This document shows, piece by piece, positions 9,990-20,737 of a stretch of 64,000 nt of DNA (its first letter is position 1; each line of letters begins with the position of its first letter). The notes under the pieces were generated by a model, which made no database searches, had not been told where the DNA came from, and was given only the letters and a program-made list of their open reading frames with translations. The position numbers were made by a program, and so were the translations under genes. The DNA comes from Planctomycetota bacterium (lineage in GTDB: Bacteria; Planctomycetota; B15-G4; JADJEK01): assembly GCA_044225365.1 (NCBI GenBank), contig JBGAIQ010000008.1, forward strand, positions 1 to 64,000, read 5' to 3'.

Positions 9990-10775
9990 TCACGCGAATC
10001 GCACGCGGACTTCGTCGCCCACGCTCGCGTTGAAGTGCCGCGCGGCGGATCCGCCGCGAACCGCGATCTCGAGGAAGTCGAACGAATCGACGATCGTGAG
10101 CGGTTGACCCTGCTTGACCGAAGCGTAGGAGTCCTTTGGCGGCTCTAGCAGGTACGAGTTCATCTCCACGCTCGCGATCGCAGCGCCGATCGACGCCAGC
10201 ATGGATTCGCGGATATTCGTGATCAGGTTGCCGAACGAATCGACGTGGATGACCTTGCCGAGGAGCACTCCATCCGCGCGCCGCACGGGCTCGGGCTGCT
10301 CGAGGAGTTGCGGATCCCCGACGGCGTTTCCGAGTTCCTCGAACGGCTCACCGCGCGCGAGTCGCGCAGCGACCGGCGCGAAGATGTCACGCCCGTGGAA
10401 GGTGCGTGAGATCGGCCCGGGCTTGAACCACGCGCGATTCGTGATCTCCCGAACTTCGCCGCGAAGCGCGACTCCGGTGAGCACTCCGTTGTCGGGAGCG
10501 AGGAACACCTGTCCCTCGCTCTTGACGGCGAGGATCCGCCGTTGCGACCCGACGCCCGGATCGACCACGACGACGTGGATCGTTCCCGCGGGGAAGTGCG
10601 AATAGGAACCGCGCAGCGCGAAGTTCGCGCCCCGGATGTTCTGCGCCCCGACTTCGTGAGTGAGATCGACGATTCGCGCGGCGGGATGCAATCCGAGGAT
10701 GACGCCCTTCATGACGCCGACGTACGGATCCTGGCTCCCGAAATCGGTGAGCAGCGTGATGATCGGACTCGTCAT
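9990..10775 (-). CDS. SAM hydroxide adenosyltransferase / chlorinase-fluorinase family (DUF62)
   Basis: ITLLTDFG, VVDPGVGS.RR, APDNG, TFHGRDIFAP, DSFGNLITN. Confidence 0.95.
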   Translation of the reverse strand: MTSPIITLLTDFGSQDPYVGVMKGVILGLHPAARIVDLTHEVGAQNIRGANFALRGSYSHFPAGTIHVVVVDPGVGSQRRILAVKSEGQVFLAPDNGVLTGVALRGEVREITNRAWFKPGPISRTFHGRDIFAPVAARLARGEPFEELGNAVGDPQLLEQPEPVRRADGVLLGKVIHVDSFGNLITNIRESMLASIGAAIASVEMNSYLLEPPKDSYASVKQGQPLTIVDSFDFLEIAVRGGSAARHFNASVGDEVRVRFA

Positions 10776-10779
10776 CGGT

Positions 10780-12129
10780 TCAGATCGGCTTTCCGAGGAG
10801 CTTCAGGATCTCCGCCTTCTTCGCTTCGAAGAGCGGCGGATCCGTCGCCTCGAGATTGAGACGGAGCAAGGGCTCCGTGTTCGACTTTCGGACGTTGAAC
10901 CACCAGCCGGGCAGGCGCACCGTGATTCCGTCGAGGTAGTCGATCCGCGCGCCCTTCTGTCCCTGGTAGATCTCTGCGAGGCGACGGATGACGGCGTCCT
11001 TGTCCTCGACCTCGAAATTGATCTCGCCGGTCGAAGGGTACTTTCGAAGCTCGCGCACCACCTCGGAGAACGGTCGCGGGTCCGAGCTGAGGATGTTCAA
11101 GACCTCGACGAGCGCGATGATGCCCGAGTCGGAGTAGTAGTTCTCGCGGAAGTAGAAGTGCCCCGACAACTCGCCGCCGAACAGACCGCCCTCGCGCCGC
11201 AACACCGCCTTCATGAAGGAGTGGCCCACGCGCTCGCGGATCGGCCGACCGCCGAGGCGACTCACTTCTTCCGAGACGATGTCGGAAGAGCGCAGGTCGT
11301 ACACGACGGCCGTTCCCTTCTCGCGCGGCACGAGCGAACGCGCGATCAGCGCGGTGATGATGTCGGAAGGGACGCGAACGCCCTTCTCGTCGACGAACGC
11401 GCAGCGATCGGCGTCGCCATCGAACGATGCGCCGAGATTCGCACCGCTCGCCTTCACGCGCTCGCACAGCTCGTGGATGTTCTCGTCCTTCAGCGGATTC
11501 GCTTCGTGGTTCGGGAACGTTCCGTCGAGGTCGGCATAGAGCGAAGTCACCTCGAGAGGGGTCTTCGCGAGGATCTTGGGCAACAGGTGCCCACCCATTC
11601 CGTTCGCGTAGTCGACGACCATCGTCATCTTGCGCCACGGCGTCATGAAGCGCGCGACGTGGGCCATGTACTCGGCATCGAGGTTCTTCGACGTCGACGC
11701 CCCTCGACGCGCCGCCGCGGGAATCGGTCCGTTCTTCAGGAACTTTGCGACGAGCGTTTCGATCTCCTTGATCCCGGTGTCTCCCGAGAGCGGAATCGAT
11801 TGCTCGCGCACCATCTTGAATCCCGTGTACTCCGCGGGATTGTGCGAAGCCGTGACGGCGATGCCGCCGTCGACCCCGAGGAAACCCACCGCGAAGTACA
11901 GCATCGGCGTCTCGCCGAGACCGACGTCGATCACGTCGCAACCCTGACTCGTGATCCCGCGGATGAGTGCGGCCTTCACGTCTGGGCTGGATTGCCGCAT
12001 GTCGTTCGACACCGCGACTACCTTGCACCCGACGAAGCGCACGAACGCCGCGCCGATCGCCTCGGAGATCGAGAGATCGACCTCCTTGCCGTAGATCCCG
12101 CGAATGTCATAGGCCTTGAAGATCGACAT
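10780..12129 (-). CDS. Phosphomannomutase/phosphoglucomutase
   Basis: FKAYDIRG, TASHNP, FDGDADR, GELSGH, RKSNTEP. Confidence 0.95.
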   Translation of the reverse strand: MSIFKAYDIRGIYGKEVDLSISEAIGAAFVRFVGCKVVAVSNDMRQSSPDVKAALIRGITSQGCDVIDVGLGETPMLYFAVGFLGVDGGIAVTASHNPAEYTGFKMVREQSIPLSGDTGIKEIETLVAKFLKNGPIPAAARRGASTSKNLDAEYMAHVARFMTPWRKMTMVVDYANGMGGHLLPKILAKTPLEVTSLYADLDGTFPNHEANPLKDENIHELCERVKASGANLGASFDGDADRCAFVDEKGVRVPSDIITALIARSLVPREKGTAVVYDLRSSDIVSEEVSRLGGRPIRERVGHSFMKAVLRREGGLFGGELSGHFYFRENYYSDSGIIALVEVLNILSSDPRPFSEVVRELRKYPSTGEINFEVEDKDAVIRRLAEIYQGQKGARIDYLDGITVRLPGWWFNVRKSNTEPLLRLNLEATDPPLFEAKKAEILKLLGKPI

Positions 12130-13203
12130 TCATTCCTCGGAGTTCTCGTTTCGGTTCGCCCGTTCGGCAGTTCGGAGCAGGCGCGGCATGATCCGTCGCA
12201 TCGCCGCCGCGGCGCGCTCCACGTCGGTGTCGTTCACGTCGCGATGCGTCACGAATCGGAGCAGATTGGGTTCGAACGTGAGCGCGAGCACCCCGTGTTC
12301 GCGCAGTTCCATCTCGACCGCGTCTGCGATCGGCGCGTCGAAGTGCACCATCAGGATATTGGTCCGATTCGTCGTCAGGTCGACGCGCATGCCGGGCAAA
12401 TCGGCGAGCGCGCGACCGAGGCGCGCCGCGCGAGCGTTGTCGGCCGCGAGCTGCGGGATCCCGTGATCGAGCGCGTGGAGACCGGCCGCCGCCAGGATGC
12501 CGACCTGCCGCATCCCGCCACCCAGCAGCTTGCGGATTCGCCGCGCCTTCTCGATGCGCGAACGCGCGGTGCAGAACACCGAACCCACCGGGCAGCCGAG
12601 CCCTTTCGACAACGCGATCCACACGCTGTCGACGCGCCGGCCGTACTCCGCGGGTGCGAGTCCGTCGGCGGCCGCGGCGTTCAGCAGTCGAGCACCGTCC
12701 ATGTGGAGCGGCACGCTCCGCCTCAGCGAGACCTCGCGGATCCGCTCGAGCTCGACGAGGGGAACGACCGTCCCTCCCGCGACGTTGTGCGTCTGCTCGA
12801 CGCAGATGAGGCCCGTCCGCGGCAGATGGATGTCGTCGGGGCGGATCGCCGCCTCCACCTCGCGAGCATCGAGGACTCCGGCCTTCCCCTCGAGCGGGCG
12901 GCACTGCACTCCCGAGATCACTCCGATGCCGCCGACCTCGTACTTCAGGACGTGCGATTCGCGCTCGGCGATGATCTCGTCGCCGGGCTGTGTGAAGAGC
13001 TTCACCGCGATCTGATTCGCCATCGTCCCCGTGGGCACGAAGAGGCCGGCCTCCTGCCCGAGCAACTCCGCAGTGCGCGCCTCGAGTTCGCGCACGGTCG
13101 GATCCTCGCCGAAGACGTCGTCCCCGACGACGGCCCTCGCCATCGCTTCACGCATCGCATCGCTCGGCGTGGTCACGGTGTCGCTTCGGAAGTCGGATGC
13201 CAT
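12130..13203 (-). CDS. ltaE: Low-specificity L-threonine aldolase
   Basis: [49 protein letters not shown]. Confidence 0.93.
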   Translation of the reverse strand: MASDFRSDTVTTPSDAMREAMARAVVGDDVFGEDPTVRELEARTAELLGQEAGLFVPTGTMANQIAVKLFTQPGDEIIAERESHVLKYEVGGIGVISGVQCRPLEGKAGVLDAREVEAAIRPDDIHLPRTGLICVEQTHNVAGGTVVPLVELERIREVSLRRSVPLHMDGARLLNAAAADGLAPAEYGRRVDSVWIALSKGLGCPVGSVFCTARSRIEKARRIRKLLGGGMRQVGILAAAGLHALDHGIPQLAADNARAARLGRALADLPGMRVDLTTNRTNILMVHFDAPIADAVEMELREHGVLALTFEPNLLRFVTHRDVNDTDVERAAAAMRRIMPRLLRTAERANRNENSEE

Positions 13204-13285
13204 GGCAGGCGCGCGCCGATCGGGGTGGGGAGAAAGGGAGTCGGAATCTACGAGAAGCCGTGTTCCCATGCAAGGCGAGCGCGCC

Positions 13286-14161
13286 TCAGTGCGTCGCGAA
13301 TACGACCGCGATCGACGCAGCGTAGAGCAGCACCGAGGAGACGACGAGGGGATCGTGCAGGAACACGCGCGTCGGGTCCGCCGCGCGCCCCTCCCGCGCC
13401 CGGCGGAAGAAGCCGATCACTCCGCAGAGGACGAAGGGCGAACTCACGACGAGGGCGTGGGTACCGAACACCTCGTGGGTACGGGGCGACAGCGTATACG
13501 CGACGTACGACGCCACGAACGACGCGCCCGCGATCGCCGTCGAGCGCGCGAGGAACGCGATGTGATCGCTACTTCCTTGCGAAGTCACGGCGTCCGAGAG
13601 TCGCTTTCCCATCGCAACGGTGAGCGCGCCGACGAAGACGCAGATCGAGAGCCAGTGGGAGACCGCGATCGCGGTCATCGCGCCTCCGAGATGCACCCGG
13701 ATCAGGAATCCACCCGCGACACAGATCGCGGAGACGACGGCGACTCGTTTCAGCCTCCACGAGTACAGAAGATTCACGACCAGGTAGCCGATGGCGAGGA
13801 GCACCGCGCTCGCATCGCCCGTCCTCGTCGCGGAGGGTAAGAGGACGGCGATCCCGGCGCACGCCAACGCCGCGAAGAGCCCTACCGCGACATTCGACTC
13901 GATCCGGCCCGCGGCGATGGGACGGAAGCGGCGCGCGGGATGGACAGCGTCGGCCTCGCGATCGCACACGTCGTTGAACACATAGACCGCGCTCGAAAGG
14001 AGGCAGAACGCTAGAAACGCGAGTCCTCCCTCGCGCAGCACCAGAGGCTCGCCGAAGCGGCGCGCGAAGACGATGGGCAGCAGGACGACGCCGTTCTTGA
14101 TCCACTGCCAGGGCCGCAGGGAGACGAGGAGATCGCGTGCGCCCGCTCCGCCGCTCGTCAC
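13286..14161 (-). CDS. UbiA-family prenyltransferase (decaprenyl-phosphate phosphoribosyltransferase-like)
   Basis: [34 protein letters not shown], multiple TM helices; GTG start overlaps the mobB stop (GTGA). Confidence 0.88.
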   Translation of the reverse strand: MTSGGAGARDLLVSLRPWQWIKNGVVLLPIVFARRFGEPLVLREGGLAFLAFCLLSSAVYVFNDVCDREADAVHPARRFRPIAAGRIESNVAVGLFAALACAGIAVLLPSATRTGDASAVLLAIGYLVVNLLYSWRLKRVAVVSAICVAGGFLIRVHLGGAMTAIAVSHWLSICVFVGALTVAMGKRLSDAVTSQGSSDHIAFLARSTAIAGASFVASYVAYTLSPRTHEVFGTHALVVSSPFVLCGVIGFFRRAREGRAADPTRVFLHDPLVVSSVLLYAASIAVVFATH

Positions 14162-14658
14162 GATTCTCGAGCCCAGGCCGCGAGGAACGTCGCGATCCCC
14201 GCGACGTCGTCGCGCGAGAAGGCTCCGAGCGGGCGCGCCGCCTCCGCGCTCTCTCGAACGCGCGCGATACACGGCGCTCCGGGTGCCGGATCGGGCAGGC
14301 CGGAATCGGCTCCCACGACCTCGATGTACGGCAACGCGAGCGAACGCCACGACTCGACGATCGCGAGATCCGCATCCGGCAAGCGAGCCAGCACGTCGTC
14401 GAGCGTCGGATCGGTGCGTCGCGGCTCGAGCGTGAAGATCTGGTCCGGGGCGACGAGCGCGACCGCCATGGCACCGGCCTTGCGAAAGCGCCAGGTGTCC
14501 TTTCCCGCAGGTTCGAGCTCGATGTTCGGGTGATGGGCGTGCTTCACGACCACGACCCGCAGGCCTGCGGCCTTGAGCCGCGGGAGGAGACTCTCGATCA
14601 GCGTCGTCTTGCCGCTACCGGAGCGGCCGAGGAAGGCGAGGGCGCGCATGGTGCCCAC
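14158..14658 (-). CDS. mobB: Molybdopterin-guanine dinucleotide biosynthesis protein B
   Basis: GRSGSGKTTLIE, VVKHAHH, GKDTWRF..AGA. Confidence 0.9.
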   Translation of the reverse strand: MGTMRALAFLGRSGSGKTTLIESLLPRLKAAGLRVVVVKHAHHPNIELEPAGKDTWRFRKAGAMAVALVAPDQIFTLEPRRTDPTLDDVLARLPDADLAIVESWRSLALPYIEVVGADSGLPDPAPGAPCIARVRESAEAARPLGAFSRDDVAGIATFLAAWARES

Positions 14659-14698
14659 TCTACGGTCTCGACGGGCGCTCCGGGAGCGCGTTCGTCCG

Positions 14699-15091
14699 TC
14701 AGGGGGACGGCGTCGGCACTCTCGACAGGACGTCGCGCGCGCGCTCGACGACTTTGAGGGGCGAGAACGGCTTCGTCATGTACTCGTTGACGCCGAGGGA
14801 GACGCCGCGAACTCGATCGGCCTCCTGGCCACGAGCCGTCAACATGATGATGTAGGTGTCCTTCAGGTCCTCGTCGCTCTTCACTTCCTGCAAAACCTCG
14901 TAACCGTTCTTCTTCGGCATCATCACGTCCAGCACGACCAGCATGGGCCGTTCGGCGCGGATCTTCGCGAGCGCCTGCTCCCCATCGCTCGCGGTCGAGA
15001 CGTCGAATCCCTCCTTGCCGAGGACGAACGTCAGCGAGCGCAGGATGAAGGGCTCATCGTCGACGACGAGGATGCGTTTGTTCAAGGTCAT
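14699..15091 (-). CDS. Single-domain response regulator (REC)
   Basis: ILVVDDEP, LDVMMP, IMLTARG, YMTKPFSP. Confidence 0.92.
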   Translation of the reverse strand: MTLNKRILVVDDEPFILRSLTFVLGKEGFDVSTASDGEQALAKIRAERPMLVVLDVMMPKKNGYEVLQEVKSDEDLKDTYIIMLTARGQEADRVRGVSLGVNEYMTKPFSPLKVVERARDVLSRVPTPSP

Positions 15092-15225
15092 GGGGTCGGT
15101 CCTGGAGGACAATGCACGGTACGCCCGGAATGGGACGCACCACGCCACCGCAATTCGTTATCGGCGAGCGATCGACCGAACTGAAGGCGGACCGCAGCAT
15201 CGACGGAGCCGTCTCGCCGCCGTCG

Positions 15226-15651
15226 TCACGCCGGTGGAGCCCGGCGTTCGAGCTTCACGAAATTTCGGCGACCGCGCCGTCCGTACTCGACGCGATCCAT
15301 CGTACGTCGCATCAGAAAGAGTCCGCGACCGTCGCCGCGCGGCTCGCTCGGGTCCTTGACCACGATCTCCTCGGCGCGAACCGGCGCGCCGCGATCGAGG
15401 ATCGTGGCATGGAAGCCGTCACCATCGAGCACGAGTTCGAGTTCGATCGGACGCTCCGCGCCGGCGTAGGCGTGCTTCGCGATGTTGCAGAGCGACTCCT
15501 GGATCGCGAGCAAGATCTCTTCGATGTCGTCGCGACTGAAGGACCGGCGCCCCTCGCATGCGAGCACGCTGTCCACCACCGACCGTACGCGCGCTCGCGC
15601 GTCGGCGCGGCTGCGAAACATCATCCGGAGTTCGAAGGCGTCGTTTCCCAT
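15226..15651 (-). CDS. Anti-sigma factor/Ser kinase of the RsbW type (HATPase_c_2)
   Basis: C-terminal part of ORF 15226..17637: LAIQESLCNIAKHAY, ILDRG, GRGLFLMRRTMDRVEY. Confidence 0.85.
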   Translation of the reverse strand: MGNDAFELRMMFRSRADARARVRSVVDSVLACEGRRSFSRDDIEEILLAIQESLCNIAKHAYAGAERPIELELVLDGDGFHATILDRGAPVRAEEIVVKDPSEPRGDGRGLFLMRRTMDRVEYGRRGRRNFVKLERRAPPA

Positions 15652-15912
15652 GGTGCAGACCGGTTCTCTCGTCGCGTGTCGTTCGATTCGGCGCGTCCTG
15701 CACTCGTCCAGCATCGAGCGCTCGACCGCGCAGATCGAGGATCGGAACTGCAAGCTCACGCTCTTGAGCGATTCGCATCGTTTTCGCTGAATCGCGAACG
15801 AATGCGAACTCGGACGCTCCGCGCGTGCACCCGATCCCGCGGCTCCGTATGATCCGCGCGGAGACTCCTTCTTCGTCCTCCCTCGGTCGGAAGCCGCGCA
15901 GGTCGCATTTCG

Positions 15913-17136
15913 ATGCCCAAACTCCACCCGTTCCTGTGCGCCGCGATCACGATCCTCCTCGCCTGTGGGTGCACCACCAAACCCGAGCCGTCGCGCGACA
16001 AGCTCGGCCCCCGCACCACCGTCGCGGCCATGGAGACGGACATCGAGCGAGCCGAGTCCCAGCTCGAGTCCGGGTCGTTCGCCGGCGCTGAGACGATCTT
16101 CGAGCGCGTCATCGCCCTTTCCGACGCGCCCGACGATCTTGCGGTTCGCGCGTACCTCGGCCGGGCGCAGTGTCGCATCCTCGAGGGAGAGGTCGGTTCG
16201 TCGGCGAACGCGCTCGCGGACGCGCAGCAGGCGTCGCTGCGTTGGAAATCGCTCCGGCGTCGCGACAGGGCGGCCGCGGATGCGCTGTCTCCGCAGCTCG
16301 ATCGCGTGTACGGCGACTGTGCGCTCGCGACGAACGATCCCGTCACCGCGCGCACTCGCTACGAGAGCGCGCTGAAGTCGGCGAGCCGCGGCGGCGGAAA
16401 GGTCGACCTCGACGGACTGAGGTTTCGCCGATACCTCGCTGCGGCCATCGCTCGCGACTCCGATGCGAACGATCTGAAGCGCGAGGTGCAGCACCCGGAA
16501 CGCTCCGATCTCGTCGCCCTGGCCGACCACTTCCATCTCCCGGCGACCGACGTCGGAGGCGGCGGCGGCATGGTCCGCAGCGAACCCGAGACGCTGAACG
16601 TCGGTTCGATCACGGTGCTCTCGCGCGCCAAATGGGGTGCGCACGGCGCCGATCCGAAGAAGCTCGATCCGATGTCGAAGATCTTCCGGATCACGGTCCA
16701 TCACTCCGCGGAGGCGACGACGGAGACCGATGAGCGGAGCGTCGCCGCCGAGATCCGCAGCATCCAGTCGGGGCACCAACACGGCGAGGGCTACGCCGAT
16801 ATCGGCTATCACTTCGTGATCGATCCTGCGGGCCGCGTGTGGCAGGGTCGCGACCTGAAGTACCAGGGAGCGCACGCCGGCAACGCCGCGCTCAATGCCG
16901 GCAACATCGGAATCTGCCTGCTCGGCAACTTCCAGGAACAGTCGCTGCCCGCACGCCAGGCGAGCGCGCTGATCGCCCTCCTCGAACAGCTCCGATCGAA
17001 GTACGGCGTTCGACGCGAGTACGTCTACGGCCACGGCGAGATCCGGAAGATGGGCGGCATCGGCGGGACCGAGTGCCCCGGAAGCCGAGTGCAAGCGCTC
17101 GTCGAACGCTACCGCAAGGGTGGCGCCTCGCCCTGA
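15913..17136 (+). CDS. Lipoprotein with TPR-like region and N-acetylmuramoyl-L-alanine amidase (Amidase_2/PGRP) domain
   Basis: LLACGC lipobox; SRAKWGA, ITVHHSA, ADIGYHFVID, GAHAG, NIGICLLGNF, GH...TECPG. Confidence 0.9.
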   Translation: MPKLHPFLCAAITILLACGCTTKPEPSRDKLGPRTTVAAMETDIERAESQLESGSFAGAETIFERVIALSDAPDDLAVRAYLGRAQCRILEGEVGSSANALADAQQASLRWKSLRRRDRAAADALSPQLDRVYGDCALATNDPVTARTRYESALKSASRGGGKVDLDGLRFRRYLAAAIARDSDANDLKREVQHPERSDLVALADHFHLPATDVGGGGGMVRSEPETLNVGSITVLSRAKWGAHGADPKKLDPMSKIFRITVHHSAEATTETDERSVAAEIRSIQSGHQHGEGYADIGYHFVIDPAGRVWQGRDLKYQGAHAGNAALNAGNIGICLLGNFQEQSLPARQASALIALLEQLRSKYGVRREYVYGHGEIRKMGGIGGTECPGSRVQALVERYRKGGASP

Positions 17137-18083
17137 CCGGTCGCACGCGCTTCGCGGTGGCGCGCCTCGTTCAGGACGTCGCTCAACGTCGTATCGATCG
17201 CGATCTGCGGGGCGTATTCCGTCGCGGCGTGGAATCGTCGCGGGTCGCCGACGAACATCGGCACGTCGATCGCCCGGACGCGCGATGGATCCGTCTCGGA
17301 GTGGATCTTGCACCGCGCGAGTGTGACCATGCGATCGACGAGGGAACCGATCGAGAGCCCCACGCCGCTGCACACGTTGAACGCATGTCCCGGCGGCAGA
17401 TCGCCGCGCGGAGCGACGAGTGCGAGCTCGTAGGCGCGCACCACGTCGCGCACATCGGTGAAGTCGCGGATCGCATCGAGATTGCCGTGCCTCAGCACTC
17501 CGCCGCCTTGGCGCTCGATCCGAGCGATCTGCTCCGCGAACGAAGCGACGACGTAGGCCGAATCCTGACCAGGACCGATGTGGTTGAACGGGCGGAGCAC
17601 GACGACGTCGAGCCCTTCCTCGGCGAACGCGCGGCAAACCAGCTCTGCGGCGGCCTTCGACGCGCCGTAGAGCGTGACCGGCTGCGGCGGCGTGTCCTCC
17701 CCGATCGGGTCCTTCGCGTCGCGCATGCGGCCGTAGACCTCCGCCGTGGACACCATCACGATGCGGGCGTCGAGCGCCGCCTCGCGCGCGGCGGCGAGGA
17801 GCACGAGCGTGCCGGTCGCGTTCGTCTCGAATCCGAAGACGGGGTCGCGTTGGACGGCGGGAACGAACGCGATCGCCGCGAGGTGCAGGATCGCGTCCGG
17901 GCGCTCGGCCTCGAGGATGCGGCGAATGACGTGCGCATCGCGGATGTCCGCGCGCAGCGGTTTCGCCGTCAGGACCGGCGCCCCATCGATCGAGAGCGCG
18001 ACGACGTCGTGCCCACGGTCGAGGAGGTGCTTCGTGGCGTGCTTACCGACGAAGCCCGCGGCGCCCGTGACGAGGATTCGCAC
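17109..18083 (-). CDS. rmd: GDP-4-keto-6-deoxy-D-mannose reductase-like extended SDR
   Basis: LVTGAAGFVG, YGASK, RPFNHIGPGQ, GNLDAIRDFTDVRDVVRAY; adjacent to gmd. Confidence 0.8.
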   Translation of the reverse strand: MRILVTGAAGFVGKHATKHLLDRGHDVVALSIDGAPVLTAKPLRADIRDAHVIRRILEAERPDAILHLAAIAFVPAVQRDPVFGFETNATGTLVLLAAAREAALDARIVMVSTAEVYGRMRDAKDPIGEDTPPQPVTLYGASKAAAELVCRAFAEEGLDVVVLRPFNHIGPGQDSAYVVASFAEQIARIERQGGGVLRHGNLDAIRDFTDVRDVVRAYELALVAPRGDLPPGHAFNVCSGVGLSIGSLVDRMVTLARCKIHSETDPSRVRAIDVPMFVGDPRRFHAATEYAPQIAIDTTLSDVLNEARHREARATGQGEAPPLR

Positions 18084-18090
18084 GCTCGCC

Positions 18091-19080
18091 TCAGCGCGCC
18101 GGCTTCAACGAGAAGCGAGCGAGATCGGCATCGACCATGCAGTCGACGAGATCGTGGAAGCTGAACTCCGGCTTCCAGCCGAGCACGCGCTTGGCCTTGC
18201 TGCTGTCGGCCCACAGCATGTCGACCTCGGCCGGCCGCAGGAACGACGGATCGGTCTCGACGTGCTTCGTCCAGTCGAGCCCCGCGCGCGCGAAGGCGCG
18301 TTCGCAGAACTCACGAACCGTGTGCATCTCGCCCATCCCGATCACGTAGTCGTCGGGAGTCTCCTGCTGCATCATGAGCCACATCGCACGCACGTAGTCG
18401 GCGGCGTGTCCCCAATCGCGCTTCGCATCGAGATTGCCGAGCTTCAGCTTGTCCTGCTGCTTCGCCTTGATGCGCGCGACCGCGTGCGTGATCTTGCGCG
18501 TCACGAACGTCACGCCGCGCCGCGGCGATTCGTGATTGAAGAGGATGCCGCTGCTCGCGTGCATGCCGTACGACTCGCGGTAGTTCACCGTGATGTAGTG
18601 GCCATACACCTTCGCCACGCCGTACGGACTGCGCGGATGGAACGGCGTCTCCTCGGTCTGAGGGCTCTGCCGCACCTTCCCGAACATCTCGCTCGAACTG
18701 GCCTGGTAGAAGCGGATCTTCGGATCGATCATCCGGATCGCTTCGAGCACGCGCGCGACGCCGACGGCCGTGAACTCCGCCGTGAGCACCGGCTGGTCGA
18801 ACGAGGTCGGCACGAACGATTGCGCCGCCAGGTTGTAGACCTCCTCGGGACGCGCGAACTCGACCGCTCGCACGAGAGACGTCTGATCGAGGAGATCCGC
18901 TTCGCGCAGCTCGAGCTTGCCACGCAAGTGCTCGATGCGCTCGAACGTCTCGGTCGACGATCGGCGAACGATCCCGACGACGCGGTAGCCCTTCTCGAGG
19001 AGGAACTCGGCGAGGTAGCTGCCGTCCTGACCCGTGACGCCCGTCACGAGCGCCGTCTTTCGCGATGTGCGATCCGTCAT
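18091..19080 (-). CDS. gmd: GDP-mannose 4,6-dehydratase
   Basis: [57 protein letters not shown]. Confidence 0.97.
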   Translation of the reverse strand: MTDRTSRKTALVTGVTGQDGSYLAEFLLEKGYRVVGIVRRSSTETFERIEHLRGKLELREADLLDQTSLVRAVEFARPEEVYNLAAQSFVPTSFDQPVLTAEFTAVGVARVLEAIRMIDPKIRFYQASSSEMFGKVRQSPQTEETPFHPRSPYGVAKVYGHYITVNYRESYGMHASSGILFNHESPRRGVTFVTRKITHAVARIKAKQQDKLKLGNLDAKRDWGHAADYVRAMWLMMQQETPDDYVIGMGEMHTVREFCERAFARAGLDWTKHVETDPSFLRPAEVDMLWADSSKAKRVLGWKPEFSFHDLVDCMVDADLARFSLKPAR

Positions 19081-19108
19081 CGATACGTACTCCGAGCCGT
19101 CCTGCTGT

Positions 19109-19918
19109 TCACTTCATCCCTGCATACACGGTGAAGGCCGCAAGCGGAACGAGATACCAGGCAAACGCGTGGACCCGCCCCCGCTTCAGCAGGAGATCGA
19201 GGAGCCAGAGGGCGAAGAGGCCGGTGACGAAGGAGACGACCACGCCGACGATGAGCGGAGTCATGTCCGCACGCGGCAGTTCGAGGATGTCCTTCACCTT
19301 GAAGACGATCGCGCCCGCGATGATCGGGATCGCCATCAGGAAGCTGAATCGTCCGGCCGCTTGCCCGGTGTAGCCGAGCAGCATCCCCGAGCTGATCGTG
19401 GTGCCGGAGCGTGAGATCCCAGGAGCGAGCGCGAACACCTGCGCGCATCCGATCAGGAACGCGCGGCCGTAGGTCATTTCCCCGATCGGCGCGTTCGCCT
19501 TGGCGTAACGCGTGACGAAGAGGCAGATCGCCGTCACCAGGAAGCCGCCTCCCGCCCACAAGAGCGAGTCCGTCATCGCCTCGACCTTCTTCTCGTAGCG
19601 GATGCCGAAGAACCCCGCGGGAATGCAGCACACGATGATCGCGAGGGCGAGTTTCCAATTCGCTCGGCGCTCCTCCCTCTCGACGCCCGGCGCGAAGAGC
19701 CCTCGCAGCAGCGCGACGATGTCCTTCCACAGGTAGAGCACGACGGCGACGAGCGTCCCGAAGTGCAATGCGACCGTCACAGCGAGGTTGTCCTCTCCGT
19801 GCCCTCCGATGCCGAGGAAGTGCTCGGCGACCGCGAGGTGCCCGTCCGACGACACGGGAAGGAACTCCGTCAAACCCTGAACGATTCCAAGCACCACGAA
19901 CTTGAGAACAAGACTCAA
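19109..19918 (-). CDS. uppP: Undecaprenyl-diphosphate phosphatase
   Basis: [35 protein letters not shown]. Confidence 0.95.
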   Translation of the reverse strand: MSLVLKFVVLGIVQGLTEFLPVSSDGHLAVAEHFLGIGGHGEDNLAVTVALHFGTLVAVVLYLWKDIVALLRGLFAPGVEREERRANWKLALAIIVCCIPAGFFGIRYEKKVEAMTDSLLWAGGGFLVTAICLFVTRYAKANAPIGEMTYGRAFLIGCAQVFALAPGISRSGTTISSGMLLGYTGQAAGRFSFLMAIPIIAGAIVFKVKDILELPRADMTPLIVGVVVSFVTGLFALWLLDLLLKRGRVHAFAWYLVPLAAFTVYAGMK

Positions 19919-20514
19919 CGGAAGCTCCGGTCGAAGAGGCCGAGCAAGCGAACGACGCGTTGCTGAAGATCGAGCAAATCGAGCGGTTTCTTGACGAAAT
20001 CGTCGATGCCCTGCGCGAGCAGCGCTTTGCTCTCGTCCTCGCTGACGAAGCCGGACATGCAGAGGATCCGGGTACGAGAAAGCGCCGCGTTCGACCGTAT
20101 CGTCTTCGCGACGTCGAGTCCCGTGACATCCCCCAAGTTGTAGTCGATGATGAGCACATCCGGGCGAAACGCGACGGTGAGCGCGCCCGCGGCGTAACCG
20201 TTGCCGGCCGTCTCGACCTCGAACAGCGGCAGCGAGCGAAAGAACGCCGCGAGCGTCGCGACGATCCCGGGCTCGTCGTCCACGATCAACAGGCGCTTCT
20301 TGCCCCGCGCTTCCTCGAGCTCGCCGAGCGGGATCCCGTGCATTCGCATGAACGCGATGAGCTCGTCGCGCGGAATGCGCCGATCCCGCGAGCCCGGGAT
20401 CTTGTACCCCTTCAGCTCACCGGTATCGAACCAACGGATCACCGTCCCGATCGTGACGTTGCACAATCGAGCCGCTTCACCCGTGGTGAACACCGCGCGT
20501 TCGTTCGAGCTCAT
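19915..20514 (-). CDS. Excisionase-type HTH (HTH_17) plus response-regulator receiver protein
   Basis: FTTGEAARLC...WFDTGELKGYKIPGSRDRRIP followed by REC domain (IVDDEP, IIDY, KKP); alternative start at 20553. Confidence 0.88.
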   Translation of the reverse strand: MSSNERAVFTTGEAARLCNVTIGTVIRWFDTGELKGYKIPGSRDRRIPRDELIAFMRMHGIPLGELEEARGKKRLLIVDDEPGIVATLAAFFRSLPLFEVETAGNGYAAGALTVAFRPDVLIIDYNLGDVTGLDVAKTIRSNAALSRTRILCMSGFVSEDESKALLAQGIDDFVKKPLDLLDLQQRVVRLLGLFDRSFR

Positions 20515-20613
20515 TCGTCCTGCGAGGCTTGGAGGAGTCGTCGAAGAATCCATGATTCTACTTCGCGACCCCGAACCACGCGCACTCGCCTAACCCCGAC
20601 CTCGCAAAATCGC

Positions 20614-20642
20614 TTGCATGCTCCCAGGCGGTCCCGTAAAAG
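20614..20642 (+). promoter_or_regulatory. Candidate sigma-70 promoter of tRNA-Val
   Basis: TTGCAT-17 nt-TAAAAG ending 18 nt before the tRNA. Confidence 0.55.
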
Positions 20643-20660
20643 AACCCTCCCGCATCTCGT

Positions 20661-20737
20661 GGGCGTTTAGCTCAGTTGGCTAGAGCACCAGCTCGACAAG
20701 CTGGGGGTCGAAGGTTCAAGTCCTTCAACGCCCACCA
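20661..20737 (+). tRNA. tRNA-Val(GAC)
   Basis: GGGCGTT acceptor stem pairing with AACGCCC, D-arm AGCTCAGTTGGCTAGAGC, anticodon arm CCAGC-TCGACAA-GCTGG, T-loop GTTCAAG, CCA end. Confidence 0.97.

Noticed and set aside
15652-17637. 803-aa ORF as one protein
   Set aside because: Only the last 141 codons resemble a HATPase; the rest is antisense to the amidase or out of frame with rmd
19915-20514. Excisionase-like HTH gene as part of the mobile element
   Set aside because: It lies outside the att repeats, is fused to a REC domain and is coupled to uppP, so it looks chromosomal
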